From: Hemiscyllium ocellatum
Taxonomy: Eukaryota
DNA length: 64,000 nucleotides
Direction: 5' to 3'
NCBI RefSeq assembly: GCF_020745735.1
Contig: NC_083412.1
Coordinates: 36,273,181 to 36,337,180, forward strand
Shown: positions 61,845 to 64,000 of the stretch, one piece after another
Numbering within the stretch: position 1 is the first letter of the stretch
Layout: every line of letters starts with the position of its first letter
Position numbers and translations under genes: made by a program
The notes under the pieces: generated by a model
Seen by the model: the letters and a program-made list of their open reading frames with translations, nothing else
The model's database searches: none
What the model was told of the DNA's origin: nothing

Positions 61845-62418
61845 AATTGGCATAGAGTATAGGAGTTAGGAGATCCTGTTGAAGCTGTGCAGGACATTGG
61901 TTAGGCCACTTTTGGAATATTGTATATAATTCTGTTCTCCCTCCTTTAGGAAGGATGTTGTGAAACTTGAAAAAGGTTCAGAAAAGATTTACAAGGATGT
62001 TGCCAGCACTGGAGGGTTTGACCTACAGGGAGAGGTTGAATAGGCTGGAGCTTTTCCTGGAGCTTTGGAGGCTGAGAGGTGACCTTATAGAGTTTTATAA
62101 AATCATGAGGGGCATTGATAGGGTGAATGAACAATTTCTTTTCCCTGGGATAGGGGAGTCCAGAACTAGAGGGCATAGGTTTAGGGTGAGTAGGGAAAGA
62201 TTTAAAAGGGACCTAATAGGTAATGTTTTCACACAGAGGGTGGTATGCGTATGGAAGAGGAAGTGGTGGAGGCTGGTATAATTACAATTTTTAAAAGCTA
62301 TCTCGATGGGTACATAAATAGAAAGGGTGAGAGGGATATGGGATAAGGATATCTGGTTGGCATGGACGAGTTGGACTGAAGGGTCTGTTTCCCTGCTGTA
62401 CATCTCTATGACTATGAC
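61845..62418 (+). mobile_element. CR1 3' fragment
   Basis: VQKRFTRMLP..RLRGDLIEFYKIM..SRTRGHRF; ctctatgact tail. Confidence 0.9.
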
Positions 62419-63333
62419 TGTAACATCTCTGTGTGAGTTTGGAATGATAAGAATAAAATTATACGTTTAAATTGAAAAGGCAAAACCTTAGATCATTCAG
62501 TAACTAAGCATATGGCTGGGAAGTTACCTGTGAATGAGCAGTGGATTGAATGATTCCAAACTAAAATTGCCCATGTATGAGGCAAATCAATGGGTATTTG
62601 ACATTATCTTCTGTACTGGTTTGCAAAGGCTGTTTTGCTGTGGCATGTCAGAAACAGATTAAAAAATTGAAGTTTTAAAGACCAAGTTAAGAAAACTAAT
62701 TGAGGACAAGAACACAAAAGCTAGTGACCACAGGGTAAGTGAAGAAAGACAGAACTATGAGCAAGAGGTACTATCTCTGAAATTCCAAAACCAAATAATC
62801 AGCTATTTGAGAAAAGAAGTGACAAATGGGAAAGAAATGTGTAAAACAGAGTGAGAACTTGAAAGACCCAACTAATTATCAGAAGAACATCTCAGAGAGA
62901 GAGAGAGACAGAGAGAGACAGACAGAGAAAGAGCCTGAGTGATCATTGGAAGAAGAATCCATAATCTCAGAAGCAAGGTGCTTCTGGAGATTTTGTGACG
63001 AGCTAGCAGTTTATTTAAGCCAGATGTTGGTGAAGTATTAATTGATGGAACTAAGGTAACATTTGAGCATTATGGCGCTAGATGTGAGTTATGCTTTCCG
63101 GATCACAAAGTCACAAAGCAGATGCTTTACAATGTTGTTATTATTGTTGTCTTTCTCTTTTTTAATTCATCTGTTTTGTAAATAACTTGCAATTATTATC
63201 TGAATCCATTTTAATTTTCCTGTAATCATTTTCAATCACTGGCAAAGTTGAAACTGTAGTCAAATAACTTTCCCCTATTAAGTGTCAATAATATTTTGAG
63301 TGAATTGATTGGTTCTGTAAATTTCAGGTTACA
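62419..63333. mobile_element. Possible solo LTR with (GA)n tract
   Basis: tgtaac...gttaca termini; (GA)n ~62894-62930; no TSD seen. Confidence 0.35.
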
Positions 63334-63519
63334 AGAACTTTAATAAGATACATTATAAAAGTCAGAAACTCTACTTCTCTCTTTACAAACTATCATGCTG
63401 CTTTAATGTTATACTACATTGTGTCATCCATCCCTCAAGTAAACCATGAGATTTTTCCAGTACTAATAAACAATAATAAACTATTGGCTTTTCCTCATAA
63501 TATTTTATGTTCTTTTTAG

Positions 63520-63657
63520 GAACTAATGCAAGCAAACATGACAGTATTGGAAAAGTTATTCTACAACCCTATTACACTCCAGCTGCATCAACACGCAGTT
63601 CATCTACCATCACCAGATTCTCTCCTTCCACTTCTTCTTTTGAGGAATCTGTTACAG
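63520..63657 (+). CDS. cfap47: CFAP47 exon 15
   Basis: tttttag| ... g|gtgaac; GTNASKHDSIGKVILQPYYTPAASTRSSSTITRFSPSTSSFEESVT; phase 1 continuity with previous exon. Confidence 0.82.
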
Positions 63658-64000
63658 GTGAACTGTTGCCATTCTCAAAAATTGAATCTAAACTTGTCCA
63701 ATTTTAATTTTTGTGTTTCATCTGGACTAACAAAGAATGATAAAATTTGATCTCTGACCCAGTTGGGCTAATGGTGATAAGGCTAAGGCTATGGATCCAG
63801 CCAGGAGGGATCCTGTCATACCAACAGTGGGGACAGTAAGGATACAGAGTTTCTGCATGCTCAGAGCAGGCCAATGCTGTACTTAAAGCAGCTGCAGGGC
63901 CCTATCTGGATAAGAAGTCTTTCCATTGATATTACTTGTGCTGGCTAAGTAGCTTAGGTTATTGGCAGCTGAAAATAAACACCAGAACTGCATCATGTAT

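Noticed and set aside
63750-63975. Possible ancient conserved SINE (LF-SINE-like)
   Set aside because: Could not match diagnostic sequence by eye.
1-64000. Most ORFs in the supplied six-frame track as independent genes
   Set aside because: Intron-rich vertebrate DNA; the ORFs are TE fragments, low-complexity or chance frames. Those at 8472, 17254, 24507, 32764, 43854 and 63507 merely overlap CFAP47 exons.

Overview
Eukaryotic (cartilaginous fish, elasmobranch-type repeat content) genomic DNA lying entirely inside one large + strand gene. It holds 15 consecutive internal coding exons (2161..63657; 2241 nt, about 747 codons; all GT-AG and phase-compatible) that I recognise as CFAP47 (cilia- and flagella-associated protein 47, tandem ASH/Hydin-like Ig domains). 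The start and stop codons lie outside the window. The introns are packed with transposon debris: CR1 LINEs, HE1-type and Deu/SacSINE-type SINEs, a Rex1/Babar LINE, solo LTRs, a Gmr1-like gag relic, a Tigger-like MITE, Harbinger relics and many Penelope-like elements (PLEs). The most notable signal is about 18 intact-to-decayed minimal type I hammerhead-ribozyme (HHR) motifs of about five sequence types. They sit in PLE pseudo-LTRs and in short protein-free pLTR-only insertions, many of them fold-back, with 10-15 bp target-site duplications; one is a 193-nt tandem, retrozyme-like unit. Also present are a candidate recursive-splicing exon (AG|GTAAGA), a perfect 30-bp palindrome, a 108-nt fold-back and a deeply nested TE stack. 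Family assignments come from recalled motifs, not database searches.
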